A stretch of DNA of 64,000 nt, from assembly GCA_013115145.1 (NCBI GenBank), contig JAAPAO010000069.1, forward strand, positions 29,800-93,799, read 5' to 3'. The notes below the pieces were generated by a model. The model ran no database searches. It saw only the letters and a program-made list of their open reading frames with translations, and had not been told where the DNA came from. The DNA is from Perkinsus chesapeaki ATCC PRA-425 (lineage: Eukaryota > Protista > Perkinsozoa). This document shows positions 1 through 11,640 of the stretch, piece by piece (position 1 is the first letter of the stretch; each line of letters begins with the position of its first letter). The translations under genes were made by a program, and so were the position numbers.

Positions 1-182
1 GGCTTTCTAATTTCCCTTGTGGCCTCAACCAAGCCGATGGTGCTTGTAGACTATAGGCACGGTATATATGGTGGAATTAAGGATGGGTCTCTTTCGGGCA
101 GGGGGTATCTATTTTGCTAGAAAAGGCTAAGTGACTGATGACTTTTGTTAGCGTCTATTTTGTTGTACTTAAAGTCCTACCA

Positions 183-1272
183 ATGAATTTCCCTGCTGGT
201 AATTTGATGGGGGACTACCGAGCCAACCACTGGAACGATATCTGGATCAAGCCTTTGATCAACGACTCCTCGCTCTACGGCTTCAAGGATCTTACCTATC
301 AAGACGTCACACCGGCTTGGTTGACTAAGATCCTTTATCCTACCGATTTCGACAACTGGAGCGCCGAGAACACCAAGCACACTGTAATGGCATAGGTTTA
401 TTAACAATGAAATTGCTCTTTTTTCAGACCCAGATCATGAGGGAGTACTGGTGGGTTTCCTGGGTTGTTGTTGCCTGCTACCTCATCGCCATACCAGTCG
501 GCCAGCGTATCATGAAGAACCGTCCTGCTTTCAACCTTAAGAAGCCGCTTGCCTTATGGAACCTCTTCCTGGCCACTTTCTCCTTTATTGGCGTTACTAG
601 GACCCTTCCTTTGCTACTAGCTGGTACCTGGACTAATGGTCCCCTCTACTTCGTCTGCCGTAACGCTAGTGCCTCGTACGGTACTGGCCCCACGGGTCTT
701 TGGATCAGTCTATTTATGTACAGCAAATACTTTGAGCTGATCGATACAGCTTTCCTGGTATTGAGGAAGAAACATGTTAACTTCCTTCATTGGTTCCATC
801 ACGCTACTGTTCTACTTTACTGCTGGCATGCTGGTGCCTATGAGCAACCTACTGGCATTTTCATGGCTACTATGAATTACATGGTACACTCTGTCATGTA
901 TTTCTATTACTTCCTTTCTTCCGTTGGCCACAAGCCTAAGTGGGGACTTACCGTTACCATTATGCAAATAGCCCAGATGTTCGCCGGTAAGATCCCATCC
1001 CCTTTTACTTGATTTTACCCTTTTTCTATCAGGTATGTTCATCGTAGCAGTCCACTACTATTCAATCTCCCATGTACACAACTGTGACGGTGCTTACGAG
1101 GACCTGGTTGCTGCCTTCCTTATGTACGCTCCCTCAGCACTATTACCTCGTATTTGCCTCTATTTTCAGGTATACTGCTTACATGCTACTTTTCGTACAA
1201 TTCTTCATCGGCCGCTACGTTGCACCAAAGAAGTCTAGCAAGGCTGTTAGTGCTTCAAAGAAGTCCAACTAA
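183..1272 (+). CDS. ELO: ELO/GNS1-family fatty acid elongase, copy 1 (4 exons: 183-383, 428-986, 1033-1123, 1170-1272)
   Basis: Motifs KYFELIDTAFLVLRKK, FLHWFHH (HxxHH), NYMVHSVMYFYY and TIMQIAQM. Three 44-46 nt GT-AG introns restore the frame. The C-terminus KKSN* is a di-lysine ER-retention signal. Confidence 0.93.
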
Positions 1273-1876
1273 TTTGAAGTCATCGTTATACGAGCGCATT
1301 CCTCTAACTTGCGGAAGGACTACCCGAATACGAGTTGATGTTTTTTCATCGATAATATTATTGCCGATTTGATTGCTACATTATGCCTGGTTATCATATC
1401 AAATAGGTTTGTAAATAACATACTTGTGATTAGCTGTTATACGTTCCTACGGCTCAGCAGCGTTGTTGAACCTTGGCACGCCTAACCCTTCTCATCGGAC
1501 CTTATGATGTTCTTATTACTACTCACCCTGCTGCTGTTATATTCGCTGCTGGTCTTTGAGATTATTAAGTAGCTTGGTTTACTGTCAGACTACTTAGATA
1601 ATAGCTGTAACGTTGTTGTTAGTATCAGGACTCTATGGTGAGTAATAATAATGCATAATCGTTAAGATGGTAGTTAGCACATCTTCGGCAATAAGAATAA
1701 CTAGTACTAATTCCCTATACCAAATTATAGTAGTGGTGAAGGCACTTCGCCTAAAGCGCTACGGATACCCGTCTCTTGCAGTGGTGTCTTGTTAAAGAAG
1801 TGCTCTCAATGGAAGTGGTATCTTTCGGTATCAGTTAGCCCCGTCTTCACTTTCGTGATACTTCCCTGTTCGACAA

Positions 1877-2977
1877 ATGATCGATCTGCCCCTTGATAAT
1901 GTTATGGACCGCTCTCCCTCCGTGTGGAACCAAGTCTGGACCCGTCCCGAAATAGAGAATCGTACCGAGTACGGCTTCATCGACCCTATCTACCAAGATG
2001 ATCTTCCTACCTGGGCGCTCAAGTACATTGGACCAGCTGCGTGGGAGAATTCGCAGACATTACTGGCTAGGATGGTGAGTTTTCCTTTTTGACTGCATTG
2101 CTGCTGCTGTTGCTGACGAGTGTTCTTTTCAGCTGGTTGTGATGCGACATTACTGGTGGCTCTCCTACGCCGTGGTTGCCTGTTACCTTATAGCCGTTCC
2201 CCTCGGTCAGCGTATGATGAAGAATCGTCCAGCTTTTAATTTAAAGAAGCCCCTTGCGGTATGGAACCTCTTCTTGGCTGTCTTCTCCTTTATCGGTATG
2301 TTGCGTACATTGCCCCATCTACTCCATGGTACCTACATTAATGGCCCCTTATACTTTGTATGCCGTAATGTTGGTGGATCATATGGACCTGGGCCCACTG
2401 GCGCCTGGGTCGGGCTATTCATTTTCAGCAAATACTTTGAGCTGATCGATACAGCTTTCCTGGTATTGAGGAAGAAGCATGTTAACTTCCTTCATTGGTT
2501 CCATCACGCTACTGTTCTGCTTTACTGCTGGCATGCTGGTGCCTATGAGCAACCTACTGGCATTTTTTTCGCCACTATGAATTACATGGTACACTCTGTC
2601 ATGTATTTCTATTACTTCCTTTCTTCCGTTGGCCACAAGCCTAAGTGGGGACTTACCGTTACCATTATGCAAATCGCCCAGATGTTAATGGGTAAGCAGC
2701 GAGGGATCCCCTATTCGTCTCACCTTCTCTTTCAGGTATGTTTGTTGTTGCGATTCATTACTACTCCCTGAAGACTGTCCCACGCTGTGACGGTGCCACA
2801 GAAGATCTTCTAGCGGCCTTCCTAATGTAAGCCGTTTCCGTGTCGTTTAGTTGGCTTTTAGCGTTGCTTTCCAGGTACACGGCGTACCTTATCCTTTTTG
2901 TACAGTTCTTCATTGGTCGCTATCTGAGCGGCTCCAGGAAGGGCAAATCATCAGCCAGGAAGCCCAAGAAGGAGTAG
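1877..2977 (+). CDS. ELO: ELO/GNS1-family fatty acid elongase, copy 2 (4 exons, same intron positions as copy 1)
   Basis: Same ELO motifs. Introns at 2075-2132, 2692-2735 and a third inside the FLM/YTAY junction. Ends KPKKE* (KxKxx). Confidence 0.93.
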
Positions 2978-3221
2978 AAGGATCAGCGGCGTTCAGGTCT
3001 CTAAGGCTTTCACGAAGCCTATTTTCCGCTAGCATACCGGCGAAATGCGCCCTATGCTCTCCAGTTTTAACTGCTTTGATGGTCACACCATTATTAGCGG
3101 TGATACTAGTGCCAAGATTGCACAGCGGCAGAGTTATATCATAATATCATATCTACCATTATGCACTGCTAATCTGCGTGGTCCCCCTACAGACTGCTAG
3201 TCCGGTTGATTTCCTGGGCTA

Positions 3222-3873
3222 ATGATAAGACTGCGTTATAAGGGTTCCACGAACAGCACACAGCAGCAGTGCGTAACTACCTTTTCTACTACCAGTACCA
3301 TAGAGAGTTACTGTAAAAGCATAGTCATCATCATAAGCAACAGAGCGTCAGTCCATGGAGGACTTGTCCTTTCCCATCGATTAGTCGCATTCTTGAAGCC
3401 ACACAGTGTGTTGAGTTCATCTCTGGTCAACTGCGGATCGAGAAGGGAGATATTTACCATCAGTTTTTCGACTACACCATGGTGGCAACGTTCTGTCGCA
3501 TACATGTCGTCAATGTGCACGCGTGCAGCTGCATATCAAAGTCTGGCGTCCGCCCCGTTTTAGATGAGCTTGTTAAGCTAGGAGCGATTGATCTCACCGG
3601 AACTGGTGATAAGTGGCTCGATGTGCTCCAGGTAAATGTCTCTGTTGGGGAAGTGCTAATCGTCTTATGACACAGGAGAGAGAACAAAAGGATTTCGAGC
3701 TTCAAAAAGAGCTGGGAGAAAAGAACTGGATGGTCAGTCGTGTAGCGTTGGTGTTCCAAAGCCAAGTCCAACGTAGCACTGGAGACCGGGATATCACGCA
3801 TGTAGTAGTCGGGGAGCTGCTGTCTACATCTTGTGACAACTGTCGATGCTCAGACACTACGATTTGGAAATGA
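3222..3873 (+). CDS. Hypothetical spliced protein, boundaries uncertain
   Basis: Open frame about 3355-3631 (..EATQCVEFISGQLRIEKGDIYHQFF..KWLDVLQ) ends at a CAG|GTAAAT donor. A downstream CAG acceptor leads into EREQKDFELQKELGEKNW..TIWK*. No family recognised. Confidence 0.3.
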
Positions 3874-4273
3874 AACGAAATGCCCACTCTGTCATCAGTC
3901 AGAGGAGGTATGTCCGGGCACTAAGGTACTAGTTGGTCCAGGTCGGTAGCAGTGGGGTATGCAACTGGGAATAGCCTCCTCCTCCCGCCGGTTACCTTGG
4001 AACTGCTGTAATGTAGCGTATTAGGTGCTACCGGTTCCAACTCCCAAGTCGGCAGTCGTGGATTGGTGGATATATTTACACAAAGAGATGGGCAAGCCTG
4101 CCACGAAGAATAACAATGCCTTGAGCGCAGGTAATAACGGCGGCGGTAAATAGTGGGGGGGTGCACTACCCCACACCGACGCCGGCATAGTGTCCTGGTT
4201 CAGCTAGAGCATAAGGGTTACTCGTTATTTGCCTGAAACGACTCGAGACGGTTCGGCGTCGAATTACTAGCAT

Positions 4274-4977
4274 ATGGGCTTTTCAGATGAAGTAGTGCCT
4301 GTTTACTCTCCGGAGGGGGACTGCATAGGGGCTGCTGTTCGTTGTGAGATGAGACGGAGAGTTCTATATCATGCGTAAGTCCCCCTGGCGCTCGGATATA
4401 GCCATTCATGGTCCCTCCTTTAAATAGGTGCACTTACTTGATTATTCGTAACAAATCTAATGGGAAGTTTTATGTACAACAGAGAACAGATATCAAAGAC
4501 TACATGCCGGGGAGATGGGTAATGTTTAGCACGAGTTCGGCCAGCACGTTGACTGTACTAGGACCCTGTGCCTGGTGGAACGATGGGAGTCGGCGAGACA
4601 CCCGAAGAGAACGCTCATAGAGAGTTGAACGAGGAGATGGGTATAAACATGGCGGAAGGCGACTTCAAAAAACTGTTTGATCAAGTGTCACACGAAGGTA
4701 GTCCAATCTCGGTTCGGTGTGTCATCGATATCGGGACTTCAGCGCCATTGCGGGTCTTCGGCCATGTCTTCCTATGTGAGACGGACATGCCGGTCGAATC
4801 CCTAAAACTGCAGGCTAGCGAGGTGAAACAGTGTAAACTGATGACTAAGGAAGAGGTGCTGCTGCATAGCGTAAAGAATCGTTCCATTCTTCGGATCAGA
4901 TATTGGCGATGGACAGCGCGGAGGTCGTTCCAGATAGCATGGTGGTTTTCCGCCGTTACTTGCACGAATCATCGTAA
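4274..4977 (+). CDS. Nudix hydrolase, YfcD-like (multi-exon)
   Basis: Complete Nudix box GTMGVGETPEENAHRELNEEMGI (Gx5Ex7REUxEExGU). Flanks resemble the YfcD/IDI-like subfamily: DEVVPVYSPEG, TYLII..FYVQQRTDIKDYMPG, LQASEV..MTKEE and VPDS. Confidence 0.85.
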
Positions 4978-5455
4978 TTATTATACTTTATTTTGAGTAC
5001 TGAGTGGTCGTTACTCGTTTCCTTATTTCCGTGTTGCGTTGCACATAGTCAGTAATCACATCAACATCATGCGGATAAGCGCGTCAGTGGAACGTCCAGC
5101 CCACTTTATGTGATGAAAACGATTGTGTTTCTGAGTCGCTACTCACACTTGGATCGGGGTTGCCACTGACCGCTGGGCGAAAGCAAGCCTAGTGCTAATG
5201 CTTTCGCAGTACTTTAAGCCGCACGTTGAACGAGGAACCCGAGCTTATAATGCAACAATGTGGAGTGTTGATACCTCAAAAACTCAAGCACATGGTTCCT
5301 CTTAAGCATGCTCTCACACAATTGTGCTATAGAGACCAAGAAGCGGATTGTCTTTGGCAGTTTGCCGTAGTAAAAGCAACCGTCGTCTCGTGATGTCTGC
5401 CGGTGGAGAACTCTGAAAAGGTATCGGTTTTACCCAGTATCGACGAACTTGTACT

Positions 5456-8001
5456 TCACTTGTGCTTCTTTAGCGAACACCCTGTGTATGTGATTGTTAA
5501 TAGTTTCCAGTGCAATCTGTATAGTCGACTAAGCAACGCAGCTGGGGCATTCAAAGTTACCATGGGCGCGGGTGTATGATTAAGCAGCTTTTCATCTCTA
5601 GTACGTCGATAGGGAGCTCGTGGCTCATCAGCGGCGACATTCAGAACCTTTACGCCACATAATCGGACAAGCCTTAAGTGTGCCCACTTTATTGATCGCA
5701 GACTCGGTCTGCTCCTCATCGATCGAGCATCCAGTGAGGTCAATAAACTCTAGCGGCCGAGCTGTCATTGGTTTGCCCTCGGACCCGCTTCTAGTGCACT
5801 CTTCATCCATGGATTCGTATGTCTCACAGACAGTCAACTCTTCAGAGGCAAAGCCTTCTGCGGCACACTTAGCTAGCGAAATCGCAGTGGCTGCGGTAAG
5901 GCCGGGATTATTTGATAGATTGAGAACTTTCAAAGTGCGCTGAAGCTTCTGCAGTAGCAGACACAAATGCGAGGCGGCTCTGTCAGCCAGCTGATTCCGT
6001 GATAAGTCAAGAACCTAACGTCAACGCAAAGATTCCACCGCTCTGAAGTGCAGCTCGAACTTGAAGTTTCCCGGGTGTTATGTTAACTGCTACAGCAGCA
6101 AGCTTCTGATCGTCGATATGACAACCTGACATGTCAATCCATAGCAGACCGTTGCAAAGCTCGATTGTTCTATGGACAAGTCCTCTGATTTGCATCTGTG
6201 AGGGCAGGTCACCTGTCGGACAACATAAGCTCTTTGTTTACGATATCAGGAGTTATCCTCAAACTCTTCAAGTCATGTACGGCTATGTGAGCGGCTGTCA
6301 GATAGCCGATGCCAGCTTGCTGTAGCTGAGGCTAGACTATGCGATGTTGTGGTGAACTGTCGTTACCCCTGGATCAGTATTGGCACGATGCTTCAGCTCC
6401 TCGTTAAGAAACGCCTCGAAATCTGCATCGGTCTGCCATGCGAATGGCTTCCCATGCACTTCCACTTCAACTTCAAACCGTCTGCTCAATCGGGATGTAT
6501 AAATATAACGGATGAGAGCACTAACACGAACTCCTCCACAAACACGGAGCCTTTCCGCGATGGCGTCTGATCCAGTCGTATATGCACTTTGTTCTCCGAC
6601 AGACACTCCTCTGGTAGACACCAGAACAAAATGGGCCTAAGCCACTCCAGGGCGGCGCGCATCTGCCATATTCTTACTCCTCCAGTTTCTTATGGGAGAT
6701 GCACAATTCCTTCCACTGTTCATCACCAAACGGCAAACTGGCGACGGCGAGCCTAGCAGCGTTACCCAACTGGTTCGTCATTCATATGGGGAAGGTGCTC
6801 ACGTGAACAATGAGGCTTCTGCTATGAATGCTCTTCGAATCTCCATCGATGCGCTACTTATATCGGGCCCCCATGGCACTGCGGTAAGTGGCCTGAGGAA
6901 GGGTGGCAGGCTAGCTGCTAATAGAGTTCCCACTACTGGCCATTAAGGAAGACCGATGCTTCTCTTAGTTCGGAGTTCACTGCGGCAGACAAATATGGAT
7001 TATCTCCTATAAACCCCTTAGCAACCTAAGAGGCGCCACACATTAGTTGAAAGCTGCCCCTATACCTCGATAACTCTGGCTTTGCATGCGGAAAGGAGGT
7101 TATCAGTGTTTTTGATTGGGTTGGACTTTGGTGGATCTAGATAAGGTGTATGACAATCTGAGCAGACCTATCTAGCAATCATGCGTGCCAGCGCCGGCTA
7201 CGCTGTAGCTCTTGTGTGAGGTATGTTATGATGTAAATAATGAAGGCAGTGAGCTTCGCTATAACCAGTTTTGTCCACAAGTCGTCAATCTCGATAATAG
7301 CCTCCCATTGCCGAAGTATTTTCTCGGCTTGTAACAATGTCGATCGGGCCTGCGCGCAGAATTGACTCTGTCCACTGCGTCACAAGGACCTCATCAGAGC
7401 TCATAGCTTCCGAAAAACCACCCACTAGAATCTTCTTTACGCGTCTGAGTTCTCGTATCTGTTGCACAACTGACCAGGTATGCACACATGCAGAACTTTT
7501 CCACTTGTGGTGGCCTAGATAGTTTGATAGCTGCTTTTTGCAGGGTACTCCCATCGGTACGCAATGTGTTGCCGGTCGCAGTGTGGTACCTCAACGCGAG
7601 ACCAAATGACACTTCATAGCATCATCAAAGTGACGGCTGCCACACTCGTCCAGCCTCATCAGTAAGTCCTTTTCTAGCGAGTTCAACAAAGCCGTGAGAT
7701 GCTCCCTCGAGCCGTTTTGCATTGACGAGCATTTGGGCCTAACTGCGCTTGCGACAATTGCACTCTTGAAGATAATGTGTACCTTGTTGTGAAGCACTCA
7801 AGAAGTCTGAGACATTCTTCGCTTTTGTGCACTCGCGAGAAGAATCTGAGCGCCCATCTGAGCTTGTGAGCGGAGGAGTCTTTTTCGGGTTTCATGGGAT
7901 GATTCGCAAGCTAGTGCTGGCCTCATGGTGTGTACTCTATTGTCGAGTGACGGGACACATTCGAACGCAACATGCGGAAATAGTTCCATCAAGTGGAGCA
8001 C
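5456..8001 (-). CDS. Hypothetical protein with RNI-like leucine-rich repeats (multi-exon, ends approximate)
   Basis: Minus-strand exons give LLWIDMSGCHIDD, VLDLSRNQLADRAASHL, LKVLNLSNNPGLT and LEFIDLTGCSID, which fit LxxLxLxxNxL-type repeats. Confidence 0.6.
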
Positions 8002-8133
8002 TGCAAGTTGTCAAGAAATGGTATAGAATTGAATGTTAGATAGTGTAGACTTAATAATGGAGGCGATATCAATAGTAACAGTAAAAACAACTTCAGTCAA
8101 TAGTGCACGGGTTATACAAGCACACCAGCGGAG

Positions 8134-9884
8134 GAATCTTCTATAACGAATGTATCATCGATATCCGTGAAGTCACTGTTAAACCGACCTGATCAAAAAT
8201 ACACACACTAATGAGATAACATAAAACATACGTAAGGTCCATAGAAGTTACCTGAACGTGACCTGCCATATAGCGAAGGGCCCGCCTCCGAACCGCTCGG
8301 CTGCTTGCTTGCAGAATTTTCAGGACCTGAAGGATGATATAATCGAATAAATCCAAGTAGGAAGTTAGGTACTGTTTGTTCCAGCCTCCATAGCTTCCAA
8401 ATCAGGGAACTCTTGTATTGGCTGCATCTCAATTGATAATGTTCGTCCACCCACTGCGGATGCTCTTGGAGTCCTATATAAGATAAATTATAAACAAACA
8501 ATTATAATAATGATACTTCTTTGAAGACGATATGACATCCTGTTTTTGCTCATACCATCTCAAGAATCCAAGCTTCCTCATTATCCGAGGAGTTCGAATA
8601 TACCTTATAGGAATGAAAGTAAGATAAACATCAAAGCGTTATTCTTCTTGTTGTTACATGTGATAGAGTCCCCATTGCTTTGTGACTATTATAATGGCTA
8701 CTAATACATCCACTGTATAATGGAAACGTGTTGCTACAATAACAAAATATCTAAAACCAATAACTTTATTATTATTTAAATGTTCATTAATTCCTTACCC
8801 AGTAATCGCAGCGATCCACCATAACAGAGGCATAAGCCGCCGGAATATAAAATGAAGGACAGGACCACCACGATGTCTACCCCCAATTTGACCACGACGA
8901 CTACTTCCGAGTGCAGAGTATCCACGGGCAGCTGTTTAATAATAACAATTAATCAATAAACCCGATAATAGTACATTCATCCACTGCAAGAAAACCATAG
9001 CCATATTCCGACCATATTAAAGCCATTAACGTGAAGTTTGCTGCGTGACCTGAAACAGCAGCTCCGAATGGAATAACAACCCGAAGCGGCGCTTCTACCA
9101 GAAAACAAGATGTCACCGCAAGTGAACCGGACTCCTAATACGATTTTGGCTGCTTCTAGAAAAACCTGATGAGGTAAGAGTCAGTGTTGGAGGACAGCAT
9201 TAGCGGCACATTCTCATCTGGACTTGAAACGTTAACGCATAATTGATAAGGAGGTGGGAGCAGAGTGACTATTATAGTGGCACTCCGAAGCAAGAATACA
9301 GAGCCCTGGATTGCCAGGAATCGTAGTATCTAAGTCTGATAAACTGACCGTTTTCCCGGTTACAACCTACTACCACTTTCCGCCGTTTAGGATGGAAGAG
9401 TACGACCTGAGAAGTAACACAATGCCTGTCCCCAAGGATAACGCTATTACTGGCAGCATCGTACTAACCACGATCGCAACGTTCCAGTAGTCTGCTAGGT
9501 GCGGCACTTCTATATGCGGCAGGAAATAGAAGCCCAAATCGGGGAGCAGCTCGGGGGTTCGACCGTGATAGTGCTCGTTCTGGAACTTATCCACATATAT
9601 CTAAGCCGAGATGGGGGAAGCTACCGCAAGGGTAAGATACCAACCTGTGAGATGCAGTTGACGTAGGCACATGCTGCCATCCATAGACAACCTGCAACCA
9701 GCTGCCAACCTAAAAAGGGGAGTTTAACCTCTTAAAGATATTAGTTATTATTGCAGCGGGAAGGATTGGTTTATTACATGCTAATTGTTTCATAGGAAGA
9801 CAGACAAAGTCAAAGACGGCACTATGACGAGACCTTCTCATTAAAGTGTCGCCACCTCCGCTTATTGGCGGTTGTGATTTGGCT
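8134..9884. repeat. Tandem segmental duplication, copy A (partner 11641-13374)
   Basis: Sequence starting GAATCTTCTATAACGAATG recurs about 3.5 kb downstream. Near-identity includes introns and the 3' UTR, with diverged internal blocks. Confidence 0.95.
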
Positions 9885-10000
9885 GAACCAACGAGGGCAC
9901 CCCTGACAATAGTATACCATAACGAACCTCCCCACAGCAGCTACTGAACTCAACAATAAGTATATACCGATATTGATAGCTCTCTCAACTCGACTGTGTG
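8365..10000 (-). CDS. Sphingomyelin synthase / sphingolipid synthase family (PAP2-C), copy 1; 5' end uncertain
   Basis: Spliced exons give LPDLGFYFLP, RFLAIQGSVFLLRSATIIVTLLPPP, RFTCGDILFSG|HAA and ATRFHYTVDVLVA, so the catalytic H-H-D triad is intact. The last-exon frame (stop at 8365) was chosen because the inter-copy substitutions are synonymous in it. Confidence 0.88.
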
Positions 10001-11640
10001 TTCTATCATCCGTCTCGACAGGAAACATCACCAACGAGGAGCAGCCACTTTGGAAGTGGCTTCAATTAAATGACAATAATTATGCAAGATTAGATCATCT
10101 GACTCCATGCGTGTGAGAAACCTATCGGATGATTCATTTCTGAATGCTGCACGCTTTGCGGTTAGATTAGGAGCTTCACCAAGTGAGAGCAATGTGACTG
10201 TAGTATCAAAGAGCATGTCCTGGGCTCATCCACAAAAAAGAACCTGGTTAGATTACCCAACTATGGCGTTCTTGATGTCGGTAGAGGGGTTGGTACATCC
10301 AGGACGACCTCGGTAGGAATGTACAACTGACCAAGTGCAGGCCGGGGAGACCCTTTCTCGACTGACGTTTTCAATCCCCACACGGCCTGGACCACGCCTG
10401 GCTATACCACGCTCGTGCCGTATACCTCTAACAGTTGTGTGAGAAGGTTATCTAGTACGCCAGAGGATCGCCGATGGTCGGCGGCGGCTAGGTCAAGGTC
10501 AACCTAGACAAGATTTCAACACTAATCAGGAAAGCTGGCCACTTGAGTGACGCCAATACCCCTAAAAGTCCGTCACGAGTTCGACCCGTGCAAGCAATGC
10601 ATGCCTACTGATCAACGGTATGCGACTGAGGTTCACAATGACAGGGTCCGGTGCCAAATACACACGGTCAAGCCCGAGCCTAAACCTGCTGTGGTTCCCA
10701 AGCTAGAAACAGTCCCAATGCGGCAGCAGCTAGCAGACGGTACCACATCGAATATAACACGCCCGCATACAACTATATATACTTCCGTACTTTAAGCTGT
10801 GAGCAATGTTGAGTGATGACCCATCCGGCTTACCAATGAGGAGCCGACCTAGGTCCATAAAGTTGGCTTCCCCGTGGCCTACTGTATCCACACGCTTCGG
10901 GGGCCCGAGGATGAACGAATCCCAGGAACCTGAGTTGTATTGGGGAGCAAACAGGAGCACGTAAAGAACCTATCGGTATAACAATGTGATACCTGCTTTT
11001 AACCCATTGCCCATTCTAACAAGCAATAGGGGCGAGTGAGCAGTGATTGCTGTCAGCACAAATGCGCCATAGACAACTGCAACTCATTCGCGGCACGGGA
11101 TGGTCTGGAAGCGATGAAGCGAGAAAAGGAACACTTTGTTGAGTTAGCCTGTCGGGTTCAGCATAAACAGCGCCCTCATCACCAGACGCCCCACCGCGGA
11201 CCCGCGCAATATACAACACTCTAGTGGGTTGCCCGAGGAGACAGAGACAGGCGAGCAGCCAGCTCCACAATAATTGGTAGTTAGTAACCATGCAGCTGCT
11301 GACGTCAACTTCTATGCGACCGTGATACAAGTGACCGTCAATTACTGACCACCTTATCTTAGTAGATTATATCCTCCCCACCGGGGCACCGCCAAAAGGC
11401 GGTGAATGAATCGATCGTCGCCTCGCGATTCTCGCGTCAAGCGCCTTGTGCCCAGCTCGGGTGCCCCTGATGTCATGCGATCCAGAATGAATGATACTGA
11501 CCACTGAAATTGAGAGCAACGACAAGACCGACAAAAGGTCTGTTAAAAAAGCCTAGCTCGAGTTGTTCGTAAAACAGGGTAACGCTATGCGTTGAATAAA
11601 TCGTCAATGTATGGGCGGCTATGAAAGCACTCTGGAGAAA

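Noticed and set aside
384-400. In-frame TAG at the end of elongase 1 exon 1, suggesting stop readthrough or a variant genetic code
   Set aside because: A GTAATG donor at 384 removes it and gives an exon boundary that aligns with copy 2 (PTDFDN..HT| vs PAAWEN..RM|).
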